Source of the DNA: Botryllus schlosseri
Lineage: Eukaryota
Length of the DNA stretch: 64,000 nucleotides
Direction of reading: 5' to 3'
Assembly (NCBI GenBank): GCA_051294905.1
Contig: CM119385.1
Coordinates: 11,036,001 to 11,100,000, forward strand
Part shown: piece after piece, positions 1 to 12,869 of the stretch
Position numbering within the stretch: the stretch's first letter is position 1
How the letters are laid out: the number at the start of each line of letters is the position of its first letter
Made by a program: the position numbers and the translations under genes
The notes under the pieces: generated by a model
Told to the model about the DNA's origin: nothing
The model's input: only the letters and a program-made list of their open reading frames with translations
The model's database searches: none

Positions 1-140
1 TCGTCTATTGGTACTGGTACTGGAAAATGCGACCAGAAGCTGTTGAAAGTGAGGAAAATTAGTATATTATAAATGCGAACCATTTGATATCACCAAACAG
101 AGTTATAAAAGTGGGTTCAACAAGACTTTAACTGGAAACT

Positions 141-592
141 GAGCAGTCAACACAATGACTTGGACTCGACTCGAGTCATAATACCGTGACTCGGACTTGA
201 CCCTCTTTTCGCTGACTTGGACTCGGACTTGACTCGGTGGTGAATTGAAAATGACTCGACTTGACTCGAGTCAAATAAACTATAAAAGTAGGATTGACTT
301 GTGACTCGGAGCTTTGTGACTTGGTTACAACCTTGAATGGATGATAGAGTAACGTAGAATCAGTGAATGACTGCATGGTTGCTCTCACAAGTGACACTGG
401 CAATCCGAACATACACAAGATATAGTGATTTATTCGACGCCGTTTACTTGATGACTTGAAATTGACTCGTAAATTTTGCTCCGAGTCACGAGTCAATGTA
501 CATTTTTGAAGTTCCAAGTCAAGTCATTTTTCCAAAGTGACTCGAGTCAAGTCAAATCATAAGAAAAAGTTGACTCGAGTCATCCCAACACT
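141..592. repeat. GACTCGAGTC-rich MITE family, partial copy 1
   Basis: Dense GACTC/GAGTC/GACTCGAGTC motifs; the same blocks recur at ~1620-2199 and 43293-43882. The overlapping short ORFs are repeat artefacts. Confidence 0.7.
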
Positions 593-674
593 GCTTATAC
601 ACACTACTTGAACACCAACCAGGGCAGTGGAGTCTGTTCAATTTAGCCTACCTCCAACTCCGGAAGCTTTAAAC

Positions 675-1382
675 CAGGGCTGGCCAACCTTTTCAGCCAA
701 AGGGCCACATTCGATTGGCGAACTGTTGCGCGGGCCACTAGCCGCGCGAAGCGCGAAAATTTTGTGAAGTTCACAGGTCAATAATATTGTCACCTGACTA
801 TATTGCGGGCCTGCTGTATATCGATGGGCTCAGTTTGCAAGGACTGAGCTATCGGCGTCTGGTCACATCGATATCGAAAGTTTCGACCAACATGCGTCAA
901 TCATTTTGTGCCTAGGTTTCATAGTCGACGGTCTTTCTGCGAGTGCAAACGCAAAGTCGCATATGTTGAACGACACTCTGTCTCGTAATCGCGAATATAG
1001 TTAGATTTAATCCGATACATTAGGCGTTCTTTCATTTTCACAAAGGGGCAACAATATTAAAAGCAAGAAATCGAGTGACAACATGTTGCGCGAAGCGTGT
1101 AGAAAATTTTTACTTTTGATAAATCTATCGCAAATCATTCTGCTTTATTGTAGTGTACGAAGATCTGCCAATATGCGACTGGCTCCGGGATCTGCCAATG
1201 CGTCATCGGAACTGATATTTTAGTCATCACATCTCAAGTGTTGCGGCCTGATTAATTAAATTTTGGGTTGGCCTCACAAGTTCACAATATGTGCAACCCA
1301 TTTTTGATAACATTAGAAATTTGGGAAATTAACTCGCGGGCCACTCAAAACCTTCTCGCGGGCCACGGGTTGGCCGGCCCTG
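675..1382. mobile_element. hAT-type MITE (708 bp)
   Basis: TIRs CAGGGCTGGCCAACC / GGTTGGCCGGCCCTG; perfect 8-bp TSD CTTTAAAC at 667-674 and 1383-1390. Confidence 0.9.
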
Positions 1383-1619
1383 CTTTAAACGCCACTAGTT
1401 CAGCTGTGACTCCCAATATTATCTTCACGTAACTCCAACGACGATATTCCTTACTTCAGAAAATTTTACAATTATTACATTTTCAGTTATTAATAGTACC
1501 AAGATGAATCAACTAACTGTTTTAATTTAATTGTGATCGCAAAAAGAAATTACGTTCGTGAAGGTCCGTTTATTAACATTTCGGAACATGTGATTAGATT
1601 TTATAGTAGTCTGAGTCGA

Positions 1620-2199
1620 GAGAATTTTGACAGTCAGTAGCCTATGTGTGTGACTCCGTCAAGGGGAAATTTATCGAAATCCACAGCCTTGGTACCACTG
1701 CGGTCAAGTCGAGTCATTTTTAGTTCACCACCGAGTCAAGTCCGAGTCCAAGTCACTGACCAGAGGGTCGAGTCCGAGTCATGGAATTATGACTCGAGTC
1801 CGAGTCCAAGTCATTGCGTTGACTGCTCAGTTTCGAGTTAAAGTATTGTTAAAACCACTTTTTATAACTCTGTTTGGTGATATCGAATTGTTCGCATTTA
1901 AAATATACTAATTTTCCTCACTTTTCACAGTTTCGGGTCGCATTTTCACGTGCCAGTAACAATAGGTAAAACACCAACAGTGTAGTTACTTTACTATTCT
2001 TCGAAATTGCAATGAAATGTCGGTCTTGGCCGTCTGAGACTCGAGTCATATGACTTGGTCCGAGTCATGCGCAATGACTCGAGTCCAAGTCGAGTCAAAA
2101 CGCAGATTGACTCGAGTCGAGTCATTTACGTATTTTGTGAAAATGACTGGAGTCAAGTCGAGTCATCAGAAAATCGCGACTCGAGTCATTGCAACCCTG
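1620..2199. repeat. GACTCGAGTC-rich MITE family, copy 2
   Basis: Close similarity to 43293-43882; ends ...TTGCAACCCTG (hAT-like CAGGG terminus). Confidence 0.75.
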
Positions 2200-2209
2200 G
2201 ATACCAGGT

Positions 2210-2292
2210 GTTACTAATCAGGTCTGACCCGGCCAGAGATCGAACCCACAACCTACCGATCAAGAAGCCGGACGCTTCACCATTACGCTATC
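2210..2292 (-). mobile_element. tRNA-derived SINE head
   Basis: Minus strand shows an A-box-like TAGCGTAATGG and B-box-like GGTTCGATC, with no intact cloverleaf. Confidence 0.5.
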
Positions 2293-2354
2293 TTGTCTGC
2301 TCTCATGTTCCTCCATCTGATCGAATGTCAATTAGGGGTCATGTTATAGATTGG

Positions 2355-2515
2355 TTTCAGAGGACAGCAGGTTATTGGTTTATCAAACTGACACAATGGT
2401 TTCAAGGGAGGTATATCTGCAAGAGACAGCAGGTTATTGCTTTATCAAACTCATACAATGGTTTCAAAGGAGGTATATCTGCAGGGGACAGCAAGTTATT
2501 GGTTTATTAAACTCA
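2355..2515 (+). repeat. ~62-bp minisatellite (~2.6 units, another unit near 2805-2850)
   Basis: Unit ACAGCAGGTTATTGGTTTATCAAACT...GGTTTCAAGGGAGGTATATCTGC is repeated. Confidence 0.75.
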
Positions 2516-3657
2516 TTCTTGCTAAAGTGTATCTAGTATTGCTAAACCACCCACAAAAGTCTGGAATCAACCACACTATATATACATACGTTTATATGAA
2601 TGAATCATTTGCCTGTCAGCAAGATACGAACCGGAATGTAAGATACGAACCGGACAGGCTGCAAGATTATTTGGTATATCCTCAAGGCTATTTCCAAGTC
2701 TGCATCAAGTTACCATCTCAACGTCTAAATATCCAGCTCGCTGTTTTGTTCAATCAACTGTTTAATTTTACCCTCGAAACAATCTAAAATATGGTCAAAT
2801 GAATCAGGAGTTATATCTGCAGAGGACAACAAGTTATTGGTTATAAACTTATAATCCATACCTGATACAATATTTCAGGTATTGCTAAACCAATCCGGAA
2901 AACTTTGGTAAAAACCCAATAGTCATTGTAAAGTTTATTAGTAACATGCAAAGTGCCGTATTCATACAGAACTACGTCAGGTCCAACTTGTAAGACTTGT
3001 TTAGTCCGCATTGCGTCTGCTGAAATGATTGGCACAGTGTCAGTGTCACCGACATCTGCTACAAAAAAATAAGCATTCCAACACGGTCTCATGACCTGTG
3101 CGAAAGAATCGCTTTCAAACATCAGGAAATGGCCAATTCCAACCAGCAAGCAGTTGTACCAGAAATAATAAAAACGATCCATCATAATGCATTCGACTAG
3201 ATTCGATTTCCCCACTTCAAGTACTTATATAAAGTGATTTCATGATGTCTTGTGCCGTGATAAGTTATCGAAATGTGTGCCCCGGCTAAATAATTATTTG
3301 GAACATTATTCCCATTTCGAGTAGTTCATTGATTTTAATCGAGAGTCGGTGTTGTGTGATGTCACAAATAAGCTAGCAGCGTCATGCGATGCACACATTT
3401 CGATTGCGCGAATCCGTAGCTAGCACAAAACAAAGCATATCCAAAAATTCGCAAATGTCAGATGAAAAGCGTTAAAAAATATGTGACGATGGCAAGACTA
3501 GGCCTACCGACTAAACGACAAACATATAGAAACGATAGCGAGCATGATTTTCTACAAAAACAAACAAATTAGGCCCATACAATTGGAATGGAGCAGTGAT
3601 ACAAGATTTGCGCCGAAATTCGCAGCCCACAAGAGGTATATAGCTAAGGGCAATGTG

Positions 3658-6034
3658 TTAAGTACGCAATAACGATTCTCTATCTTCGGCAGGAATTATG
3701 GTTTGCGGAATAGACGCACGCGGCCGCGCATGCGACGACGATCGTTGTCCCGAATTTTGTCTTCGACCGCTCGACCTCTGACCGCCGTCTCTCACCCGAC
3801 CGGACCGCCTGGCCCGTCCATTTTGATCGGACGGGCTCGGTCTGCGATTGTTGCCACGTCCGCTCTGTCTGCGCCGCCGTCCCGGCATAAAATTTGGAGT
3901 GCCGCTGCCACCCGGCACCGGTCCGGCGTTTCCGCCTTGTCTGTCGGTGGACGAAGTGTTGCCGGTGAACGACGGGTTGTCGTGGGGTGACAAATACGAC
4001 CCTTGCTCGGTTCTGATGATTCTCTGTTGGTCCTCTTCAGTGACGGGCTTGCCTACTCCGTGTATCACGCAGTCGTCGTAACTCTGAACACAACCGCACT
4101 CGTTTCAGTTGAAAGTAACTAATATCAGCTGGGATTACATGAAGGGCCAAGGCAAAATTGAGAACTTTGAGAGCACCAAGTATACTTAGGAACAGGCGTC
4201 TTTGAACTGATCACGGGGTCGCTATACTGTCATTATTGCTTAGATTTGTCCTTCTTCTGCGGACGATGTCTTATAAAACTACAATGTCTTTAGTTCTAAG
4301 ATTTGTCGAGATTTTTGTTGTATGTCCTTATTTTCCGCACTGAAACCGTAATTAGGACGAAAGTTGTGACATTATGAACAATGCTCTAGAACAGTGGTTC
4401 TCCAAATGGGGGGCGTGAAAGCATCTCAAAGGGGGCGCAAAGCTGCGGTCAACTGAAATTTTTTTTTTCGCGCACTGCACGGTTTACCTCCAATTCATAG
4501 TTGTTGCTGTGTGTATAGTCCTAATTTCATATTTGAGAATTCTCTCATCGATAGTCACAACCTTCCCTGCCATTGAACTATCCGTTGGGATTGCTAGCAT
4601 TCTGGTTGCATTTTGTGATATGACGATAAGGGGGGCGCGAAAATTTTCACTATCATAAATAGGGGCGTGCCGAAAAAAGTTTGAGAATCACTGCCCTATA
4701 AGGTTTATATTAGGACTGAGCAAAGGTGCTTAGATGTTTTACGTGGTTAAACAACTCAGAGTTTTGCGCTGTGTTTAGTTTTTGATACATGTCAATGGCA
4801 ACCCTCGCTAGTCAACTGTTGTATGTCTTTAACCCTCACACGCCACACGAAATAGCGTTGATCAGCTTTGGAGTGCATTGATCCTAATTAGTGGAATTCT
4901 ACAGTGATTTTTCAATTTCATTTTTCAAATCAATTTCAATTTTAACTACAGGGACAACCAATTTGAATATTTTTTCTCACAAAATATAATAATTGTGGAT
5001 TTTGTGATCATTCAGTATACTGGTGCTATGAGTACTGTAAAAATGCTGCGGGATTTCAAGGATGGAAAAACACACCTCGTAAGTGTAGGTTTTTCTCAAA
5101 GAACAAATGCACCGTTTACATGTTTACACGCCTCTCTATTCCCTGCGGGACCTCAAATGTGTTATTGAGATAGTGCAGATAACAATACTCATTTGTTAAA
5201 TAACAATATAATGGAACAATGAAGCCCAGCCATATCCCCAGTGAATTCCCACCTTGCACTCGGAATAAACGGCAACAAACAAAAGCAATTTACTACAGTT
5301 GGAACCTAGAAAATTAGATTATGTACGTGTACCGCAGGCACCATTAACCGCCCAGCTAAAATAGCAGATGGTTGATCGAATTTAGTCTAAAATTTAGTAT
5401 GGATAAGATCGTACTCACCGGCGGTAGTGTGTCGAAATTATGATCTGTCGAAGTGACCCTAGCAGAATTTCTGTGAGCCACGGCTTGAGAACGGCCCGAG
5501 CCAGGATTTGGGGGACGCGTGATTTCATGTGCCACGTGCATATCAGTCCTACGCCTTCTCTGTTGTTGCTGTCCACCAGTAGTTCGTCTCGTCCTGTTTT
5601 GCCTTGCTGAGTTTCTTTGCCTTGTACCAGTTGATACTGTAGGATACCGCACCAAGTGTGTGCGAATACGACTTTGATCCCGTCGTATGATCACTGTTGT
5701 GAGAATGAGTGTTTTACGAAACGAACCGCGACAAATTCTCGTATTTACAATACCGTCAGTGTGATGGAAATCCTTCCCGGTGAATTTCCATTGGATGATT
5801 ATTCCGATTACTGCAAAATATCAGACATGCGCGGCATGAATAAGTAAAATAGAGAATTCAGATACAATTACATCTAATGTCAATGTCCTTCGAAAAAATC
5901 TGATTATAATAATGAGGGTTCGTGTTCCATAGCGGGAGTTGGGTTTGGTATAATCGCCGTCATACTTTTGGGATTAATCTCGAATTTCAAATGTACCAGC
6001 TGGAAATTGCCCTTATATTAAGCAGACGCTAATG

Positions 6035-6066
<32 letters not shown>

Positions 6067-9000
6067 GGAGTCAAATTCCTTGCCATAATATAGTCAATTA
6101 GCTGCAAGAATCACCAAAATCATAACAAGATGTCTCACATTGATCTGAAACTAACTGTCCAGCCTATTTCGAATTCGAATGTCGAGATCCTATTAGCACG
6201 CTCGATAACAAAAGCTCAATGCGCAATGAATTCTCAGAAAAAACGTATATGTCACACGGAACTAATATCTCAGTATCAAGTCTTCCATATAGCATGCAGA
6301 ACTCACGTGCCAACCCTGGCCACAGTCCAAGTATGATAGGAAAGAACCAGCATAGATTTGCATGTTGTTCAGCCATCAGATTTACCCAAATATATCTAAA
6401 AACAGGCAATTGTGTCCGACAGTGCTATCAAGTTCAACAATCGAACTCTCGAATACGAACCTGTGCAGAGAAAATTTTCCCAAGAAATATTGTAAGCAAG
6501 AACAGATCAACGCCGCCCCCATGATTGACGTTCCAATGATCAGAAATGTCTTTTGCCATTTCAGAGTAAATAAAATAAAGAGTATTCCCGTTCCAAATAA
6601 TATACCAAAAGGAATCCATGGTGTCGATGGGTGATAAAACTTTGACAATGCCAATATTGCTGCAACAGAATACATAGGTTAACACTGAGTTTATTTTTTG
6701 ATACATAGAGGGAAACCAGATTTCCTGCATAATTGACACTGCAGCGCTTAGAAACAAAGGACACATGTATGCTGTCATGAAGCATGGAAAAGCAGAGCCA
6801 TTCATGAATCATTGTAAGAACAGATCAGACCAAATTATATGTCATTTGGAATAGCTATAACAGTCATCTGCATATCCATACAGGTGCTGGTGGACTGGTC
6901 ATAAGAATCACATGCAGTTTTAGTAAAACCTTAATAAATAAGAGATACTAAACAAACTTACCACCAATTGCTATCAATATACCCAAAAAAAATCCTTGAA
7001 GAAAAAGTCCAACATAAACAACAAGCATAGTAATTAATCCGCAAAGCACAGCAATTCCTACCGAGATTCCTGTTTATTGCAACAATAACAAATGCGTTAG
7101 AGTCATAAAAACACATTCAACAGATGATCTTACTTACCAATAATTGTATTCGGAGATAAATTATGCGTCACAATTTTCTCTTCTTGGCAAATAACATAAA
7201 CCACAGTGCCGCCAAATATAAATCCACTCAAAAACATGACTGCCTTAAAGCACCGATATCCTGAGAGGGAACATAAAAATGAAGTTAATTATAATGAAGG
7301 TAATATATGTATAAGTTCTTCTTTGGGTAATGGGTATGCTGTTACCATCAGAGGGTTCTATAAAATGGAATTTTCAATTCAGACAGCTTCAAGCATATGA
7401 GTTGAACATTAAAAACATGCAAATTGGGATCGAGATAGAAGAGTACTCTTGTGGAATTAGCCCATCTTGATTGAGCTTATTTCAGAATCTATTTCGTAGC
7501 AACTATGGGTATCATTGAACTGACTTTCAAAACGAATCTGTGAGTGGCACCTCGATTGTTTCAGTTAATTTTATTAGGGCCTACATGACCAAGACAGACT
7601 TTCTTGACAGTTTTAAAATGTATCCATTACTATCGCTTTTTCAGCAATGCATGCCACCTTGATTCCATTCAACATGGAGTTTTAGCGGTTTTGCAATTTG
7701 GATGAACAGGCCACTTCCCCATGATCATTCAATTGAAATAGAAAGGACTTAAAGTACTCAAAATTATTCCAGATTAGCATGGGATCTCCTGTTCACCCAA
7801 AGATATTACTCAGTCTGCAGTCTACCTCCTGGGAGGCTCTGGCAACCATAGCTGTTATTACATGTCATCAGCCACATTGATAATATTCAGAAACAGGGAG
7901 TACAGAACATCAATGTGATATTGTAAAACCAGTTGCCAGACACAAAATGATCAAGATAGATATCTGTTTTATCGACAATATGTTTATTGTCTCCAGGGAA
8001 TAGACTTTTGGAAGAGGGTTTTGAATAATGGTGTAGTTGACTGGGTGATCAATGATCAATGATCATCCTATCTCGCAACAGTATTCTGGGATGGGTAGGC
8101 TCTGTTTAGAAATTTTGTCCATGACCATATATTATTATGTAGTCTAGGCTACCCTATGTTATTTAACGCATAGCCTATGCTGCATAGGCCTACTAACTTG
8201 CAAGCTATCAAGCATATTCGTATATGCCAGTGGTTCTCTACCAAGGGTCCTGCGAAGAAATTTCAGAGGGTTCGAGAGACCTCTAAATTTGCGAAATGAT
8301 TGATAACCTAATTTGTAATTTTGTAAATCAGGGAAAGCACGGGGTAGTTTCGCTCCACAACTGCTAAAATCTCACAGCTCACATCATCAGAATAATCGTC
8401 TTACAGTGCATTTTAATTGCCAAATCGTGAATAACCTACTGATACTAACACAAACCTATTGCTGTTTGGAGATGTTTTGTTGGGGTTTGTGGAAAAAATA
8501 AAAATATGGAGATAGTGAAGATAATATTTGCGAAACCTTTTCGATTTGAAGTTGTCAGTCTCATCAATTTAGTGATCAGTTGTTTGAAATAAAAATTCCT
8601 GATTCCATTTTCCCTAATTTGTCCCAATGAAGGGATCGAAACCTCGCCATGAAATCCATTTTATCCTGTGATATACATAGCCACTATTCCAGAATAACTT
8701 CAAGATGAAATGATAGATAAAATGACTAGGCTGGACGTGATGTCTTCATTAAAAACATGTTTCATCATTTTGGTGCCATAAATGTTGCGATCACACCGAA
8801 AGTGTCTTCGGAAGCGTTACCCATTAATATTAGATTAGCCTCCATCTATCTTTGTGGAAATGAATTTTCGGCACTCGTTCATGTCAAATCAAAGACGCAG
8901 ATTTTCAAGATGCGACCAAGTACTTCAAGAAATACAGCTGCAAAATTAGCTTTGAAGTAATAGAAGTCTACCCAATTTCTACATTAAGAGTGTAATGTTA

Positions 9001-9997
9001 TTTTCAATAAAAGTCATATTGTTGCTGTTTATCAAAAGGCTACAGTTCATATCGTCGCAGTGGAATCAAATTAACTCAATGTCCAGTTTTCAAATTTTGA
9101 AGGTCCATTTTTATAACTTGAAAAAAATCAATTTTTTTCGGCTCTATCGTGGCCATGGTTATGTTTGTCTTATTGTTTCAAAGTAAATCAAGGCCAATAT
9201 ATGGCTGAAAGAAGATGAAAACTTTACTGAAGTAAATGTGTAAAATGGAGATAAGCTACTTTTATACCCCTGAGACCATATTTGCACAGGACAGGACATA
9301 TGACGGTTGCTCCAAAATTGAGCTAAATTTGAACTAAAACTTGAGGGGGTTCGCGAGGTTGCCAGTGAACTCGGCACCTGGTGAATTCGGCCCTTGGTGA
9401 AGTCAGCCCTTGAAATCAGTTTCAACACGAGTAGAATCTCCGTACCCTTTTCACATTTAATTAAGTGAACATTGTTCCCCACATGAATTATATATTCCAA
9501 AATATAGTAGGCCTATCTAAAAATATTTTCTGAGCCTACTCAAGAAAGGATATACGAATATCAACAACCAGTCAATCAATTGAACAAATGTAACATGCCA
9601 TACACCTTATAAGATTGCAGAGATACTGCTAGCTTTTATTAATAGTTACTGCAATATGAAACGAAATCAGAATGCACTATATATCATGGATAGTGGTGGA
9701 CATGCAGCGGTATGCAGAATGATATATATATACGGTGTGTAATCGAATTACATCATAAAATTATATTACTGATACCACACTATTACAGAATAGTGTAATG
9801 GAATATGATAACTCAAGTTACGACTTGATATGAAACTCACCAACAAATGTGTATACCAATCCAAAAAGGCCCATCGTAATATTAAGAATGAGCAATCCAA
9901 TCTCATAATCCAATCTTTCATACGCATTACAATCCAATTCTCCATTATTAGGGATAGTGGTGGTTGATGCTGGAAACGTTGCTGTTGTGTTGTTCAT
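3658..9997 (-). CDS. TMEM198: TMEM198 orthologue, 8 coding exons, ~477 aa
   Basis: Exons 9841-9997, 7138-7260, 6962-7069, 6461-6659, 6307-6395, 5754-5810, 5419-5693 and 3658-4083 all have GT-AG boundaries with consistent phases (1434 nt). The spliced protein reads ...[27 protein letters not shown]...GISVGIAVLCGLITMLVVYVGLFLQGFFLG...LCWFFPIILGLWPGLALIGIIIQWKFTGKDFHHTDVIIRR, matching the TMEM198 sequence I recall ([27 protein letters not shown]). Confidence 0.9.
4392..4693. mobile_element. hAT/Charlie-like MITE
   Basis: TIRs CAGTGGTTCTC / GAGAATCACTG; degraded 8-bp TSD CTCTAGAA/CCCTATAA. Related pieces at ~44141-44340 and ~57990-58170. Confidence 0.7.
6035..6067 (+). repeat. (CAT)n microsatellite
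   Basis: Direct reading; intronic in TMEM198. Confidence 0.95.
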
Positions 9998-10795
9998 ACC
10001 GAACGAAAAGTTGTTTCAGCCTCAGTCTAATAACATAACGCGAAGATTCCCTACAGTATAACACGTATGTATAAAGCGTATTTTCTATAAACCAAACGTA
10101 TACATTATGGTACACTACCGTATAAATATATTCACCTCATAAACTGAAAAAAGGTTGTGCGACTTGTACCTACTACAGAAGTACTTCTAATTCAATATGA
10201 AGACGAAAAACCAGCACAACCAGCCTATACATAACAAGAACATTTGTCAACTGAAGATTATACATACAACCACTGAAAAGTGAAACAGCCCAGCTGCCCA
10301 GGTTTCGGTCGAATCATAAGTCACAACTACCTCCAGCGACCTCTGGCGGGAACCAAATGGTTTGATTCTGTTCAGGTTAGCTCAGTTCATTTTCGAACAC
10401 AACAAGGTAGCGATAAAATGAAATGATCAGAAAAGAGTCAAAATGACTAGAAGTAGATAGTCCAAGCATAGCAATTCACAGGGTAGCTATGTTGTAAATT
10501 GCTATGGTTCAATCTAAAACCTTTGGCCTATAACATATATAGCCTTAGAAAATAAGAGTCATGATTGTTCATGTTCACGTTCAGTGTTCAGATGCTGTTG
10601 TAATATATTGTTGATGACAGATCAGAGATCATGTATCGAGTCTGGATAACTCAGATGTACTCACATCGTACGATGGAACAATGGACAATCAAAGCATAAA
10701 ATAGCGACGTACAAGCTGAGTTGCGACGCCCAAAAAAATCAAAACACTCTGTTGTTGAGTTCTGGAAAGGGGAGCCCGCGAGCTATTCAGAACTG

Positions 10796-12174
10796 GAGAG
10801 GTGGTCAAAGTAGTCAATAAAGCTACTCAAGTAGAAGTAGAAGTAACGACGAAAAAATCTACCCAAGTATGAGTAGAAGTACTTCTTCCATGAGCGACTT
10901 CAAACTACTTGAAGTAGAAGTAGAATTGACTGACTTTAATTCTACTAATACGGAGAAGTTGTATCGGATACGGTGTAAACACTTTACGCGATTAGTAAAC
11001 GTTAATAAAAAATATGCTGGATCGTAAAAATGCCATATTGTGTAGCTTTATTTCCGGAAATTAAAGGCATTACTGTACACTTATTGCTTGCATCCTTCAA
11101 TATGTATGTTCTCCAGACAAAATAACTGATACTCTATAATTAGAACTCAAAGTATGATACTGGGTAATTGAATGTAAAATATAAATACTACTTCTAGGGG
11201 AGATAGTGTAGTGGTTACGATAAGCGCCCACCAAGCAGACGGATCGGGCTCGATTCCTGTCGGAAGTTTATCTGGGCTCCTCTTCCCCTGCCGCTTCCGT
11301 TCTTACGGCGACAAAAAAGCCCAGAAAAAGGCCCGACGAAGAAAGCATTCACAAGGAATGGAAAGAACTATAGTAGAAAGGGCCGCGGCTTCAAAAAAAG
11401 ATCAACATCGAAAAGAACTGTGACATCGGTGAGATCGAGGTGGATGTTACAGTAAAGGATCGCTACTGATGCGTGTCGTTCGACATCCTCCTATCTGTTC
11501 ATGATATCGCATTGTGTCTTTATCGCATTGTGCATTGTGTGTGACTTCTTCAGATGAAAAATATAACCCAGCGATGTTATGTTCTAAAAGCGGAAAATGT
11601 AATTCATGTCTTTAGTCCAGGTGGTATGCTAAAACAGGTCTAAAGCTAAAAAAAAAGTCAGAGTCCGCTTTTCCAGATTAGGACACGCTATGGACTGCTA
11701 GATTACGATATGATAAGTAAATGCTAGATTGCGAAACATCAGTTTAAACGTGATGGGCCATATAAACTGTGATGAACTATTTCATATGGGCGACAATGCA
11801 GTGTGAACGGAACCACGCAACCCGCTACCTAAATTATATTCACCGTTACTTAAGTGAAATCATATAGGTCACTCCATATCCACTATTCGCGAAGCGCGAC
11901 GAAACTTCTGGGCTTTACTCAACTTTTATGAAAATTAACTGATGATACTCCGTGAAAACAGCCCCGAAATTTCTCAGGCTATCTTCCTGATTTGAGGATT
12001 AGACTACTTCTACTTGACAAACTGAAAATAGCGAAAAGTACGTAAGTAGATCACAAAATATTACGAAGTAGAAGTAGCAGGAAGTTACATCTACTTAATT
12101 AAGTACCAAAGTAGCGGAAAACTACTTGAGTAATTCAGAAAAGTAGAAGTACTTCGTTATACTGACCACCTCTG
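10796..12174 (-). mobile_element. hAT MITE family 'CAGAGGTGGTCA' (AGTAGA-rich subterminal repeats), containing a SINE insertion
   Basis: Termini (g)AGAGGTGGTCAAAG ... ACTGACCACCTCTG; same family as 22808-42091, 12870-14007 and 44505-46311; interrupted at ~11197-11552. Confidence 0.8.
11197..11552 (+). mobile_element. tRNA-derived SINE
   Basis: Head GGGGAGATAGTGTAGTGG (A box) ... GGCTCGATTCC (B box); body shared with 22608-22807 + 42092-42182; 3' ATCGCATTGT tandem tail. Confidence 0.7.
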
Positions 12175-12869
12175 CATTCCTGTGACACGCATTAGTTTGG
12201 AAGAAGTCCGTGCAAGCAGTTTAAACGTGTAGTCTTATCTACCTTTTATTTGGCAGCGGGAACTCTGGTATAGATGCGGGTGTGATCAGACTAGTTGACC
12301 CTCAAGGTCGTATTTATCATTCCTATCTGATACCGAATACTGCGCATGCAGGCTACATGTGCATTTTGCAATTGTGTATGTATGTTTACTGTACCATGAT
12401 CATTGCCGTCCGTTTGTTATGTATTTTGGTTGGATGAAAACAATGACTCTCTCTCTACCGGTTTGCGCGTGACACAAAATTATTTGGTATAAATCAACAA
12501 TAAAAATTTCCGCGCCTAACGCGATTTGCTGGGACCTGCGGTTTCTTTTCATTTGTGGAATCCCATCCAATGTTTCCTCTAATTTTTCACGAGTCGGCGC
12601 CCACTCACCAATCTCACTGCGCGGTCCCTTGGACAGCAGTGCGTAACGACTAAAAAAAGGTCATCACTTCGGATTTTTTGTGCGCAGCTTAGATTTTCTG
12701 TACGCAGAGACCGTGTCACCACTGCGCAATTTCGCACGTGCGCAGCTTAGAGGGAACGTCGACCTCATCCCTCAAAGAAATGTATATAAAGAAAACGAAT
12801 ACGCATAGCGCACAGAAATGAGACATCCTAGTATCCTAGCGGGGGAGATAACGCAGCAGTGACGATAAT

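Noticed and set aside
176-2510. Ser-rich ORFs (176-517, 1644-1841, 2055-2510; also 42981-43364, 43706-44038)
   Set aside because: Translations of the GACTCGAGTC repeat, not genes.
2841-3215. 124-aa minus-strand ORF downstream of TMEM198
   Set aside because: No recognisable domain or consistent exon chain; left uncalled.
3703-4081. Plus-strand ORFs opposite TMEM198 exon 8
   Set aside because: Antisense shadows of a GC-rich coding exon.
7480-8110. Nested gene or retroelement in TMEM198 intron 1 (minus-strand NVADDM and HFVSG snippets)
   Set aside because: Motif-like fragments are isolated and interrupted by stops; not enough support.
11197-11275. Functional tRNA genes at SINE heads (also 2210-2292, 59461-59525, 60300-60356)
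   Set aside because: A/B boxes are present but the stems do not pair into a cloverleaf, and each continues into a repeated SINE body.
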